From the IMG/VR virus record IMGVR_UViG_3300032324_000909, positions 1 through 64,000 of that record: 64,000 bases of DNA; one strand, given 5' to 3'. Numbering within the stretch: the stretch's first letter is position 1; each line of letters begins with the position of its first letter. Position numbers and translations under genes: made by a program. The notes below the pieces were generated by a model. It ran no database searches. It was not told where the DNA came from and saw only the letters and a list, made by a program, of their open reading frames with translations. Origin of the DNA: a virus (lineage: Duplodnaviria > Caudoviricetes). This document shows positions 47,236-58,337 of the stretch, in pieces.

Positions 47236-50200
47236 ATGGCCGCACAAGCAACAATTAATATTAATGCCAATGTATCGTCAGCGCAGGCTGCAATACAAAA
47301 ACTAGTTAATCAACAGTATAATCTTAATTTAAATTTAAGTACTAAGGGAAACCAGCCATTAGGTAGAATTACTGGACAACTTTCTGAATTTAATAAATCC
47401 TTAGATGCGGCAAACGCGCGTGTTGTTGCTTTCGGTGCTAGTGCAACTATTTTATATGGTTTAAACAAAGCTTTCGAGTCGTTAATAACATCTACTATCG
47501 AAGTACAAAAATATCTTGCAGATATTAATGTAATTTTAAATGTTTCTGATAAACAGATAAGTAAATTTGGCGACTCTCTTTTTAATGTTGCAAAAAATAC
47601 CGGCCAGTCGTTTGCGGAAGTTGCAAAGGCGGCTACAGAATTTTCACGTCAGGGTCTTGGCGTAGAAGAGACCTTAAAACGTACTAGCGAGGCCCTAATT
47701 TTATCAAGATTAAGTGGTTTAGATACGGTAAAGAGCGTTGAGGCGTTAACGGCAGCTGTTAACAGTTTTGCTTCTCAATCTGTAACTGCAACGCAAATAG
47801 TTAATAAGTTTGCAACAGTTGATGCGGCATTCGCGGTTAGTTCCGCTGACTTGGCAGAGGCAATTAGTCGTGTTGGTAGCAGTGCTTCGCAATCTGGTGT
47901 TCAGTTAGATGAACTTATTGGTTTGGTTACCTCTGCACAGCAGACAACTGCCCGTGGTGGTGCAGTTATTGGTAACTCATTTAAGACAATTTTTACAAGG
48001 CTTCAGCGTGGTAAGGTTGTTGACTTGCTTGGTAGTCTCGGTATTGAAACCACGGATGCAAGTGGTCAACTAAGATCAACTATTGATTTATTAAAAGATC
48101 TTGGAAGGGTTTATGATACTCTTGGCTCTCAACAACAGGCTTCGGTTGCTGAAGCTGTCGGTGGTGTTTTCCAGATTAACATTTTAAAGGCCGCTTTATC
48201 TGATTTGGGTAAAGAGTATTCTATTTATAATAATGCCGTTCAAATATCTTCTACGGCAACAAACGAAGCTACTGTAAGAAATGATCAATTAAACAAAACT
48301 TTAGCTGCGCAAGTTAACGCCCTAAAGCAAAATGCAACCCAGTTTGCCGCAAAATCTGGAGAGTCTCTTTTTGGCCCAGCGCTAGAAAATTTAGTTGGTG
48401 GTGGAAATAGTTTGTTAGAGTCTTTAAATAATGTAGATAGCGAAAGTGTTGGTGGCAAAATTGGAAATGGCATCTTAAAGGGGCTAGGAGATATTATCGC
48501 TGGTCCCGGTTTGGCACTTGTTGGTGGTGTTTTATTAAAACTTTTTGGAGACTTCGCGAAATTTTCAGCAGGAAGTGTGAAGGAGTTGCTAGGTTTAAAC
48601 GCAACGGCATCTCAACAGCAAGGTATTCAAGCTAGTATTTCTGCAATATTAGCAAAAAATCCACAGTTGTATCAACAAATGGCAAGTGGGGCAATGAGTG
48701 TCAATCAGGCTTCTCAAGTTTTATTAACAGTTCTTCAGCAACAAACTACACAAATGCAGCAACAGGCCGCATTAACTTCCCAAATATCAAAAAATTTATT
48801 TGGCGCTGGTGTTAGAGTTCCAAAGGGCAGTCAAGTCCCAGTAACTACAAAAGCCGCTGGTTATATTCCAAATTTTGCTGATCAGTACGCAATGGAAGAA
48901 GCTCAAGCTAAAGCATTAGGTGCTAAAAATCCAAGGGCGCAATTAAGTAGAGGAACTATTGATGGTAAGAAATTTATTAAGAATAGTGAAGAAGTGGAAA
49001 TACCAAGATTTGGTAAAAATGGTGATTCTGCTGTTATTCCAATGTATGGTCGTGGATATATTCCTAATTTTGCAGAATCTAATGCAAAAACTAGTATAAA
49101 CTCTAATGCAAGCGTGTTAGTTCCAGAATATGGAACATTTCCGAACGCAAATTCAGTTGGAAAAAATAATAGAGATATATTAGTAACGGATATACCAATC
49201 CGTGGATATACAAAGGGCGCAGTAAAACCAGCTGGTAATTTAAATGAGTTGATAAAAAAACAAGGATTACAGACAGTTGCTGATTATATAAAAACTTTAC
49301 AACCACTTGGTCAGGGTGTTGATGAATCAGTTCTGAGTCAGAGTTTTTTAAGTGAAAAAGATGGTGGGTCTAGGGGTGCTTATGGCGCTTTGCAGGGTTT
49401 TGTTGGGTCTGCGTTTGAAGTTGCTATATCTAAATCGTTAGATTATATAGCGGCAAAATCTACAGCAAATATGGCAGATTTTGACGTAAGGGGTGGACAA
49501 AACGCTGATAAATTAAAACAATTATTTGGTTATGCTGGAAATCTTGCTGATTTTAAAGTATCCGCATCTTCTGGTAATCTTTTAAGTTTTGCTGATAAAG
49601 TTATTAAAGAAAGGGGTGGTAGAGATGCCATACTTGGAAGCAGTGCCGAACAGCGAACGAAAAGAAAAGCACCCGGTAAGCCAGCAAGAAGAAAGCCCGG
49701 ATTTGCAAGTGGCTATATTCCTAACTTTGCAAATGCCTTAAACGAATCAATATCACGCGAAATTGGCGCTGGAGTACCGAAGAGCGGCATATATACCAGA
49801 CAGTATCCAGAGCTAGTAAATTCTAGTAATCCAATGGGTGTTGGCGTGTTTAACAAGCGAGACGAGGGCTCTACCTCAGCCGATAAACGCGCGATGTCAA
49901 ATCGTGGTTATGCAAAGGGATATATACCAAATTTTGCAGAGGGAGATGGTACTAGTATTAGTTCAACTGTTACAGCTGTTGGCGCGCAACTTACAAGTTT
50001 TGCAACACTGCTAGCTTTTCAAATTCCAAATGTCAAGCGCTCGTATCAAGAAGAAATTGCCACAAGAAAAGCGGCTTTAATACAGGTTACTACCGAAGAA
50101 ATTTCCCAGAGGCGTGAGGCGGCAAAACAATTAAGCGCAACACAGACGCAGGAAAGAAATCAGCTTGCCCAAGAAATTAAAGACAGGCGCGCAAAACTAA

Positions 50201-53025
50201 AAACAATTCAAGCTGGTGGTGCCGAAACACTGAGTCGTGGCGCCCGTAACGCATCAAGGCTACAGGCTGGTGCTGGCGCTGCTGGAACAGCGTTGGCTTT
50301 TGCACCGATTATAGCTGAAACCGTTGCCTCATCTATAGATACCACAAATAAAGAAGGTAGAGTTAAATCTGCCGCAGTTACTGGCATTGGAACCGCCCTA
50401 TCTGCCGCTGGTACTGGGGCTTTAGTTGGTAGCGCCTTAGGGCCTGTCGGAACCGCTATTGGTGGGGCGCTTGGTTTGGCTGTCGGCGGATTAACTGCTT
50501 GGACTAAAGCGTTAAATGAGTCGAGGACAAACCTTCCAGAATTGCAGGCATCCACCAAAAAAACATCGGAAGAGCAATCAAGGCTTGCCGAAGTTACTCA
50601 AGCTGTACTTCCAAAATTAGAACAACTGCAAGAATTAAGACAAGGTGGTAATGCTGGTTCTAGAGAGGCCGTAGCGTTAGAAAAAGAAATTAGAGCTATC
50701 GCAAGTAATGCAAGTCCAGAAGCACAAAAGGCTATAAGTGCTGGTGGTCTTGATTTCGCAAAAACTCAAAAAAATCTAACTGATGTATTAAAAACTTTAA
50801 GTGATAGACTAGCAAAACAAGGAGCGGCAGTTCAGTCAACTTCTATTGCTGAAGCCGCTATTGGCGGAAAAATTAATAAAGAACAATTTGGTGCGCAAAT
50901 ATCAAAGCAAGCTATTAGCGGAAAGACTGACGCTGAACTTAAGGCAATGGGTGATGAATTATCATCTGCAACTATTGATTTAAGTAAATTGAGAGGTGCC
51001 CTAGGACTTACTGAGGAGCAAGCTGGAAAATTAGAAGAACAGTTTGGAAATTCTTGGCAGAGTTTTGCACAAGATTTAGCCAAGGCAATTTCAGAAGAAA
51101 AAAGAATAAGACTAGATGGGGCTAGGAATACGGCCAAGGGTTTTGTGGATCGTAATCAGGCGGCCGTAAAAGCCTTACAAGATTTTGAAAACAAGTTGAA
51201 AAAAGTAATATCAAGTATGGATATTGCAACGAGAACAAGCATTGCAACTTCAGGTGCAGAATTTGCTTCGGATTTTAAAAGAACAAAATCAACTGGACAG
51301 GTTGATATTTTAGAGGCACTTGGGTTTGAAAAAGCTGCATCAAACCTTAAAACAAAAAATATATATCAAGATACTATTGGCGCACAGCAAACTAAATCTG
51401 CGGCAGACATAGATGAGGCCATTAAACAGTCTTTAAATACAGCGTTCGAAAAAGCAATACCAACAGCCACTGGAGTTAAAGATGTTAGTCAGTATAATGA
51501 TATAAGAGGTCAGTTAGGTGACTTATCTGGAGTGACTGGCAATCAAGATTTTTCAAAAAAAATTCAAGATATATCTGCTAAAATTGGGTCAGTTAAAACT
51601 AATACAATACAAGGGCCCTTGGGACCATTAGAGCAATATGATACTGAGGGAATGATTTCTGCATTAAAAGAAAATGGGGTTAAAGATGAGGAGCAGCTTA
51701 ATAAACTTAGAGAAACATTCAATAGTAATAATAAATTACTATTCGCTGCGCAAAAAGATGCTGCTACCAAAACTGTTCAGCGTCTGGACGAGTTAATTAA
51801 AGTAACTATTCAGGAAATGGATAAATTGGGTGGAACGATGGATCAGATGTTTAACGATGGCGGAATGGGAGACAATTCAGTGTCAGATAAATTTACAGAG
51901 GCCACAGATAATTTTATTGCCGTACAAAAAGACACGACAGCTACGGACGAACAAAGGGGACAGGCCGCTAGCGATTGGATAAAAGCCTATCAAGCCACAG
52001 GAGGCACTATAGACACAAGCAATCCAATGTATCAAATGGCGGTAGAATCTATGGCTAAAATTGGTCAAAAACAACAGGCGTCAATTGAGGCTAATTTAGC
52101 GAAAGTTGGTTTGGATCCAGCAATGGCTGCAAGAACCGTTAGGCAAACCACTGGTGCGCTTACTTCAGAACAGGGCTTGATGGAGGCGGCAAAGGTTAAG
52201 GCTGGTATAGCATTTAAGCCAACTGATGCTAATATACAAAGCGCGCGAGTTGAACAACTTAGGGGCAAGCAATCTGATATAATAAGCAAACTAGGTCCGG
52301 AAGGCGCTGCTTTATCGGCAACATACGGCGCGGCTACAGAAGAGGCCAATAAAATTCCAGACGGAATAAGAAGTCTAGGAGATGTTTTTACAACGCAGAT
52401 AGGAATGTCAAATGGCTATCTTTCTAATATGGTAAGTATTTTGGGAGGGTTAGCTGGACAAGGTGCGCAGCTTCCGGGCATGGCGGCACAAGAAGTACAA
52501 AAAGGGGGAGACTTGTCAACAATATTTAATCCAGCTGTTGGCATGAATAGTGCGGCTTTAATGGGTGGGCGTAATTTACTAGAATCAGCACCTAACCAAA
52601 TGTATAGAGAAAGGTTCACAATGCCAGATGCCGCACTTGAATCACAAAGGGCTCAGGCCTTACCGGGTTCCCCTCTAGCAAATCCATATCAGGGTATGAT
52701 GCTAAGTACTCAGGGGGAAATGGATGTTATACAAAGACAAAAAGAAGAAACTCAAAGAAATATGACTCAAGCACAAGCGGGCGAATCATCTCTTAGTTTT
52801 AATTCTCCAATTACAATCGCAATAAATGCCGCATCACAAGCTCAGGGGCAACAAATTCAACAAGAGCTTCAAGGTGTTGATCAGGAAATTATTGATGTTA
52901 TACAGGGAAGATTAGCCAAAGTAGAGGCAATAGCAGCCGCAACCGTAACTAAGGATCCAAGTTTAAATCCGCCGCCAAAAAAACCAAAACCTCTTTTCAA
53001 CGTTCTTGGTCTTGACATCACTTAA
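47236..53025 (+). CDS. tail tape measure protein
   Basis: TP901-type core (EFSRQG, IGNSFKTIFTR), Ala/Gly-rich TM segments, 1929 aa. Confidence 0.9.
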   Translation: MAAQATININANVSSAQAAIQKLVNQQYNLNLNLSTKGNQPLGRITGQLSEFNKSLDAANARVVAFGASATILYGLNKAFESLITSTIEVQKYLADINVILNVSDKQISKFGDSLFNVAKNTGQSFAEVAKAATEFSRQGLGVEETLKRTSEALILSRLSGLDTVKSVEALTAAVNSFASQSVTATQIVNKFATVDAAFAVSSADLAEAISRVGSSASQSGVQLDELIGLVTSAQQTTARGGAVIGNSFKTIFTRLQRGKVVDLLGSLGIETTDASGQLRSTIDLLKDLGRVYDTLGSQQQASVAEAVGGVFQINILKAALSDLGKEYSIYNNAVQISSTATNEATVRNDQLNKTLAAQVNALKQNATQFAAKSGESLFGPALENLVGGGNSLLESLNNVDSESVGGKIGNGILKGLGDIIAGPGLALVGGVLLKLFGDFAKFSAGSVKELLGLNATASQQQGIQASISAILAKNPQLYQQMASGAMSVNQASQVLLTVLQQQTTQMQQQAALTSQISKNLFGAGVRVPKGSQVPVTTKAAGYIPNFADQYAMEEAQAKALGAKNPRAQLSRGTIDGKKFIKNSEEVEIPRFGKNGDSAVIPMYGRGYIPNFAESNAKTSINSNASVLVPEYGTFPNANSVGKNNRDILVTDIPIRGYTKGAVKPAGNLNELIKKQGLQTVADYIKTLQPLGQGVDESVLSQSFLSEKDGGSRGAYGALQGFVGSAFEVAISKSLDYIAAKSTANMADFDVRGGQNADKLKQLFGYAGNLADFKVSASSGNLLSFADKVIKERGGRDAILGSSAEQRTKRKAPGKPARRKPGFASGYIPNFANALNESISREIGAGVPKSGIYTRQYPELVNSSNPMGVGVFNKRDEGSTSADKRAMSNRGYAKGYIPNFAEGDGTSISSTVTAVGAQLTSFATLLAFQIPNVKRSYQEEIATRKAALIQVTTEEISQRREAAKQLSATQTQERNQLAQEIKDRRAKLKTIQAGGAETLSRGARNASRLQAGAGAAGTALAFAPIIAETVASSIDTTNKEGRVKSAAVTGIGTALSAAGTGALVGSALGPVGTAIGGALGLAVGGLTAWTKALNESRTNLPELQASTKKTSEEQSRLAEVTQAVLPKLEQLQELRQGGNAGSREAVALEKEIRAIASNASPEAQKAISAGGLDFAKTQKNLTDVLKTLSDRLAKQGAAVQSTSIAEAAIGGKINKEQFGAQISKQAISGKTDAELKAMGDELSSATIDLSKLRGALGLTEEQAGKLEEQFGNSWQSFAQDLAKAISEEKRIRLDGARNTAKGFVDRNQAAVKALQDFENKLKKVISSMDIATRTSIATSGAEFASDFKRTKSTGQVDILEALGFEKAASNLKTKNIYQDTIGAQQTKSAADIDEAIKQSLNTAFEKAIPTATGVKDVSQYNDIRGQLGDLSGVTGNQDFSKKIQDISAKIGSVKTNTIQGPLGPLEQYDTEGMISALKENGVKDEEQLNKLRETFNSNNKLLFAAQKDAATKTVQRLDELIKVTIQEMDKLGGTMDQMFNDGGMGDNSVSDKFTEATDNFIAVQKDTTATDEQRGQAASDWIKAYQATGGTIDTSNPMYQMAVESMAKIGQKQQASIEANLAKVGLDPAMAARTVRQTTGALTSEQGLMEAAKVKAGIAFKPTDANIQSARVEQLRGKQSDIISKLGPEGAALSATYGAATEEANKIPDGIRSLGDVFTTQIGMSNGYLSNMVSILGGLAGQGAQLPGMAAQEVQKGGDLSTIFNPAVGMNSAALMGGRNLLESAPNQMYRERFTMPDAALESQRAQALPGSPLANPYQGMMLSTQGEMDVIQRQKEETQRNMTQAQAGESSLSFNSPITIAINAASQAQGQQIQQELQGVDQEIIDVIQGRLAKVEAIAAATVTKDPSLNPPPKKPKPLFNVLGLDIT

Positions 53026-53028
53026 TAA

Positions 53029-54564
53029 ATGAACTTTAATAATGCTACATTACTTTCTGTTTCCAGAACTTCTGAGTTTTTTTCAGATACAGTTCGTTAT
53101 AGAACAGTTAAAAAATTAGCTATAGAAGGTTTATTATTAGACCTGACAAATTCTGATGGTGTTACTGGTATTATTACTGATTTAAAATCTTTTGAACTAG
53201 ATTCTGAAAATTGGCAACCAATAGTAATTAATGGTAATGATTTTGGACTTGGTACAATAACAAGTATTAGTTTTGCCAATGGTAATGATGTAAGAACAAA
53301 AACTTATACTGTCAATATAGACATTCCAGAAGAAGGGGATTTTTCTAGTTTATTGGGAACTGATTATGGTGGACTAACATTTACTTATTCCAAGTACTTG
53401 GAGAACTTCTCCGAATCTAGTACGTTTGATCGTAACTTAAATAAAGATAATTATTCGCAGTCAATTAATTTTAGTTTAAGGGGGCCGTATTCTTTGGACG
53501 CAGTTACAGCGGCCAAAACAATGGCCGAAAACTTCTTTAACAATAATAATTTAATTAATACTGTTGGAAATAAATACAACGATTCGCAGATTAAAAAATA
53601 CTATGATGAAAGTTATGATAGTATTAATAATGAGTATCAATTCTCAAGAAATTTTGAAATAAATAAAGACTCTAATTCTGTTTATTCTTTAAGTTTAAGC
53701 CATAGTATTGATTTTGATAACGCTGGCGTTGGTAAAATAACAGAAAAAGCTGAATATCTTGGACATACAACAACTGCATTTGATACTGCAAACACTCAGG
53801 CAAAAGCTGATATTGCTAATGCTTATTCAAGATGTAATGCTATTTTTACAAACTACCTACCAACTGCTAGTAATAATACTTTAGCTACAAATCCAATAAC
53901 TAAATCTTGGACAGCGGCCCCATTTGAGGGCACTGTTAGTTATACTATAGTTTTCTCTAATACAGAAAGAATTCAAAGCTCTTATTATTGGCAATATGAA
54001 ATTACAGTAGATAAATCGGAAGCTGGGCAATATACACTGACAGAACAGGGAAGTGTTGTTGGTTTTGACCATATTATAGATGTAAAATATCAAAATGCTA
54101 GAAACGGTTGGCTAGCAATTAGTCCAGATATATCTTCAAGATTATCTTCTTATATTAATGGTATTAAGATTGTTACACAGTCAACTACATTTAATAAGGT
54201 TGCTGGAAAAGTAGATTATACTGTAAAATATACAAATTCTGATTCTAATTTGGGTGACAATATAAATATAAGAAAAGCTCTAATAACAATTAGTAAAACT
54301 TTTAATAGAAACTTGGCTAGTACTTTTAATATTATTAATTATAAGGAAATATTACAAAAACAGCCAAATTTATTACCAAATACAATTTCCTATACTGTAA
54401 ACTTGAATGGTAAGGCTACAACCAGTTTGGGGACTTACTTGGCGGCCGCAAGGTCTTATATATCGTCATTAAGCTCTAACGAGTTTTTGTCTGATGTTAG
54501 CTATACTTATAACCCATTTTCAAGAAGTTTTTCTCTAAATGTGTCGATAACTTCATTGCCATAA
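53029..54564 (+). CDS. tail tip/distal tail-type structural protein
   Basis: after the TMP; beta-rich repeated domains. Confidence 0.55.
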   Translation: MNFNNATLLSVSRTSEFFSDTVRYRTVKKLAIEGLLLDLTNSDGVTGIITDLKSFELDSENWQPIVINGNDFGLGTITSISFANGNDVRTKTYTVNIDIPEEGDFSSLLGTDYGGLTFTYSKYLENFSESSTFDRNLNKDNYSQSINFSLRGPYSLDAVTAAKTMAENFFNNNNLINTVGNKYNDSQIKKYYDESYDSINNEYQFSRNFEINKDSNSVYSLSLSHSIDFDNAGVGKITEKAEYLGHTTTAFDTANTQAKADIANAYSRCNAIFTNYLPTASNNTLATNPITKSWTAAPFEGTVSYTIVFSNTERIQSSYYWQYEITVDKSEAGQYTLTEQGSVVGFDHIIDVKYQNARNGWLAISPDISSRLSSYINGIKIVTQSTTFNKVAGKVDYTVKYTNSDSNLGDNINIRKALITISKTFNRNLASTFNIINYKEILQKQPNLLPNTISYTVNLNGKATTSLGTYLAAARSYISSLSSNEFLSDVSYTYNPFSRSFSLNVSITSLP

Positions 54565-54598
54565 GTGTTCAAAAAAGTGTAAATAAGTATTGGTACTT

Positions 54599-56191
54599 AT
54601 GGTAAAGGTTTTTTACAATGGAATTGATGTTTTTAGTGGCGTAGCACCTACGCCATTCATAGGTATTGATGACGAGTTTATTAGTTATGGTCAGAGATGG
54701 GGGGTGTCAAAAAAGATAACATTACAGGGAATGGTTACTGGTATATGCTCTGATTCTTACTCGGATTTAATATTTAAACAAAACAAGGTTTTTTCTGGTT
54801 TTCGTGAGGATTTTAAAAATCTTGAAATCAAAGAAGATGGGCAATCTCTTTTTAGTGGCAAATATATAAAAATAAACTCTATTGACTTTGATCAGTCTAA
54901 TTATGTTGGTATGTTAAATTTTACTATAGATTTAACATCTTATTCGGAAAACTTATTTACGGGTACGTATGGAGTTTTAGATCCGGTCTCGACTATTAAA
55001 TATACGGAACAGCAAGATGGAACAGTGGCAATTACTAGATCATTTTCAGCGCGAGGATTTAATACTTCAAATGGTACAAATAATGCCCTAAGTAATGCTA
55101 GGTCTTATGTACAATCTTTAACTGGCACTAGTTCTTTAATTCTACCGAAATTTATTAGCGTCACGCCATCGGGATCTAACCTATGCCCAAGAAAAATTTC
55201 AGAAACGGTCAATAGATTTAATTCCGAGTACAGTATTGATATTGATTATCTTTTAAGAAAATGCGCGAAAACTTCTAGTATAATATACTATAATATAGAT
55301 GCAGATTACGATGACGAGAGGGGTTTATATACCGCATCTATTAATGGTAATTTAGATGGTGCTTCGTGCAAAACAATGGCAGAATTAAGGGCGGAATTTG
55401 CTAATTTTAAACCGTATGATATAACATTAACTAATTTTAATAAATTAACTAATTATAACTATTTAAATATTGAACCAGAAAGTTTCTCAATTAATGAGAA
55501 TGATATTGATAACAAGATAGATTTTAATTATAGTTATACAAGTGATCCTCAAAATGTAAAATTTGATTATAGCATAGATATTAATAATGAATTTCTAACC
55601 GATCAGGTTTCAGTTGGTTTTAATGGAACTTTAACAGCAAGGGGGCCAGAGTCTGGCAGGCTGGACAAAGCAGAGGCCGCTTTAAATAATTTGAATATAA
55701 CACCACTATGTCAACAGTTTTATTTACAAAACGTAACTAATCCCAGTTTGCCGATGAATACCAACGCTAAAAATTATAGCGTTAAAAGAGATAAAATAAA
55801 TGGAACTATTTCTATTCAGTCAAGTTTTGATAACAGTCAGATTCCGCCAGCTGGTTTTAAAACTTTTGAATGGAGTTTGTCAATAACCCCTTCAATAAAT
55901 AAATATAATCCAATACAATATCTTAATGGCAATAATGGTGCTTTTAATTTAAACATGTTTAGTCGTGGACAAATTTCAGTACAGGGTAGCGCAACTTTTG
56001 AAACTTCGGATGACAAAACTTCGTTAGTAAGAAACAAGGCAATAGAAATTTTAAATTTATATACTGTGGATTTTAGCAATAGATTAAGAGTTGAAGATAG
56101 GGTTGAAAGAAATTTGCGAGCAGAAGATAATGGATATACATATTCTTTCACTATAAGCGATACCGCAGAAACATCAATTTTTTCAATATAA
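54599..56191 (+). CDS. tail tip structural protein (architecture similar to the previous gene)
   Basis: beta-rich repeated domains; GTGTAAAT upstream. Confidence 0.55.
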   Translation: MVKVFYNGIDVFSGVAPTPFIGIDDEFISYGQRWGVSKKITLQGMVTGICSDSYSDLIFKQNKVFSGFREDFKNLEIKEDGQSLFSGKYIKINSIDFDQSNYVGMLNFTIDLTSYSENLFTGTYGVLDPVSTIKYTEQQDGTVAITRSFSARGFNTSNGTNNALSNARSYVQSLTGTSSLILPKFISVTPSGSNLCPRKISETVNRFNSEYSIDIDYLLRKCAKTSSIIYYNIDADYDDERGLYTASINGNLDGASCKTMAELRAEFANFKPYDITLTNFNKLTNYNYLNIEPESFSINENDIDNKIDFNYSYTSDPQNVKFDYSIDINNEFLTDQVSVGFNGTLTARGPESGRLDKAEAALNNLNITPLCQQFYLQNVTNPSLPMNTNAKNYSVKRDKINGTISIQSSFDNSQIPPAGFKTFEWSLSITPSINKYNPIQYLNGNNGAFNLNMFSRGQISVQGSATFETSDDKTSLVRNKAIEILNLYTVDFSNRLRVEDRVERNLRAEDNGYTYSFTISDTAETSIFSI

Positions 56192-58335
56192 TGTCAAATC
56201 ACTCAGTTCCATATTTTTTAAACTTATATAATAGCGTTGCAAACGATAATTGCAAGGTGTTTTTTGATTTTAATTTAACTGGAAATTCTATTACTAATAT
56301 TAGTGGAATTGGTCCGGAAGTTAGTGGGCAGATAGTTCCAACATTAAATGGTTTCTGGAATAATTCTGGAAATGGATTTTTTTCTGGTAATTCCGTTAAG
56401 ATAACAAATACTGGAAATAATATTAATTTATCAGATAGTACTTATGTAGTAGTTTATGAAAATTTGGCTAGTGGAGGAGGGACTTTAATATCAACAGTAG
56501 ATACCGGAAATAACGGCTCAGGATTATATTACAAGGGCTTTGAATTTGGTTTCACTGCTAATAACACTTTATATTTTGAATATTATACAAATAATGGCCC
56601 TCAGGTTTTCACTTCTAGTTCCACGCTATCGGATAAGGGTTCTGTATATTTAACGGTAACCAATAATGAAATTTCATTTGGTGATTATAATTATTTTTAT
56701 AACAAACTAAATTCTAATAATTTTTTAATTGATAGTAATTATATTTTTGATCCTAAAAATATATACTTAGGTTATAATAGCAATGTAGTAAATAGTTATA
56801 ACTATAATAAAAGATTCACTGGCTATATGCAGCAGTTTATGCTATTTAGTCCTTATGTTTATCTAAATGATATTGTATACTTAAATACTGGTTTTGCGCA
56901 TACTTTTATACCAGATATTACCTATGTGGAACAGGTTACTATTAATGAAATAACTGGATATTCTACTGGCATAGTTCCGTATTATTCAGGTGTAACCGGC
57001 TATTCAATTGTTCCTACTGGTGTTCTTGCTGATGATTTTTGTATTGAGTATACTGGCTATTCCCAAATAGCACTTACTGGTGCAGAATATGGTACTGGAA
57101 TAATACCTCTTTCTGGACAAAGGGTAGTTCAGTCAACTGGATATAGTGGTGCATACGTTGTTTTTAACAGTAATTTTGTTAATTCTTTTGGTAGATCGAA
57201 TATTAATGTATTAAAGAGTATAAAAGATAATGCAGTTGTTGATATGAGTATACCAACTGGTAATTATGATTATACGTATAGAACAAATTTAAGGGGTCAA
57301 TATGACTATGTCAAAAACTGTTTTTTTAATAATTATGACGCTAATTATTTTTACTATATTTCGAAAAATGGATTGGCAAAAATTTCTGGAATAAATATTA
57401 CGAGTGGTTCTGTATATAATACAAGCAACAGTATATCAAATGACTACTTAATTAATTCTAGAAATGAAGTTTTTTTTAGTGATAATTCTAGTGATAATGA
57501 CATGGTTATAATTGATAGCGCTGAAAACGCTTATAATACTAATTTATATATAAAAGATTTTAGTTTGGGCGACTGTTATTCCGAATCCGCAGAAATAAAA
57601 ACTGGATTTTTAGCAACCGGACAGTCAGTAGGTTTTACTGGTGATTGGGTTGACGTATCTTCAGGGGAAAGTTCCTTAATATTTATATATGCTAGTGGCA
57701 CTGGAAGTGGATCATTATCTTTAGAAATTTTAAGTGAGATAAGCGGACTTCAAAGTGGAATTAATATAGCATTAATTAATAATATATCTGGTGGATATTC
57801 GAGTATTATACCTAGATTGAATAATAATTTCAGTAAAATAAGAGCAATTGGTAATGGTTCTTCGCTCAACATGTGGTCTTGGATTACATATAGATTAATT
57901 AATTCTTCCGGCTGCGTGACTTCTGGTTATTACCCATCTGGACTTGGATTTATTCTTGATTGGCCGACCAATAATAGGCTATTCTTTTCTGGCAGGAAAA
58001 TGATTTCTGGAAAAATTGAAAATATTGGAATTAATTGTGATTATGCTGTAACCCCATCGGGTTTATATTTTGATGAATATAATGGGATTTTTTCTTACGG
58101 CTCTGGAGATTTGTTATTACTGCCAACCATATTTGATTATAATATCACTGGAAATAGTAATTTACTTAAAGCTAAAAATAGATATTATACTAACTATTCG
58201 GAAGTATATTTATCTGGAAAACGTTTAAATATTGGAATGGATTATTTAGAGCTACCTAATTTTGACAGTAATGCTGGCAGTGGTATTTTTGATATAAATA
58301 CTGATATATTGTATAATAGTAATATACTCCTCTAA
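56191..58335 (+). CDS. tail protein with a LamG/ConA-like N-terminal domain
   Basis: IYLG...FTGYMQQFMLF motif. Confidence 0.5.
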   Translation: MSNHSVPYFLNLYNSVANDNCKVFFDFNLTGNSITNISGIGPEVSGQIVPTLNGFWNNSGNGFFSGNSVKITNTGNNINLSDSTYVVVYENLASGGGTLISTVDTGNNGSGLYYKGFEFGFTANNTLYFEYYTNNGPQVFTSSSTLSDKGSVYLTVTNNEISFGDYNYFYNKLNSNNFLIDSNYIFDPKNIYLGYNSNVVNSYNYNKRFTGYMQQFMLFSPYVYLNDIVYLNTGFAHTFIPDITYVEQVTINEITGYSTGIVPYYSGVTGYSIVPTGVLADDFCIEYTGYSQIALTGAEYGTGIIPLSGQRVVQSTGYSGAYVVFNSNFVNSFGRSNINVLKSIKDNAVVDMSIPTGNYDYTYRTNLRGQYDYVKNCFFNNYDANYFYYISKNGLAKISGINITSGSVYNTSNSISNDYLINSRNEVFFSDNSSDNDMVIIDSAENAYNTNLYIKDFSLGDCYSESAEIKTGFLATGQSVGFTGDWVDVSSGESSLIFIYASGTGSGSLSLEILSEISGLQSGINIALINNISGGYSSIIPRLNNNFSKIRAIGNGSSLNMWSWITYRLINSSGCVTSGYYPSGLGFILDWPTNNRLFFSGRKMISGKIENIGINCDYAVTPSGLYFDEYNGIFSYGSGDLLLLPTIFDYNITGNSNLLKAKNRYYTNYSEVYLSGKRLNIGMDYLELPNFDSNAGSGIFDINTDILYNSNILL

Positions 58336-58337
58336 TC

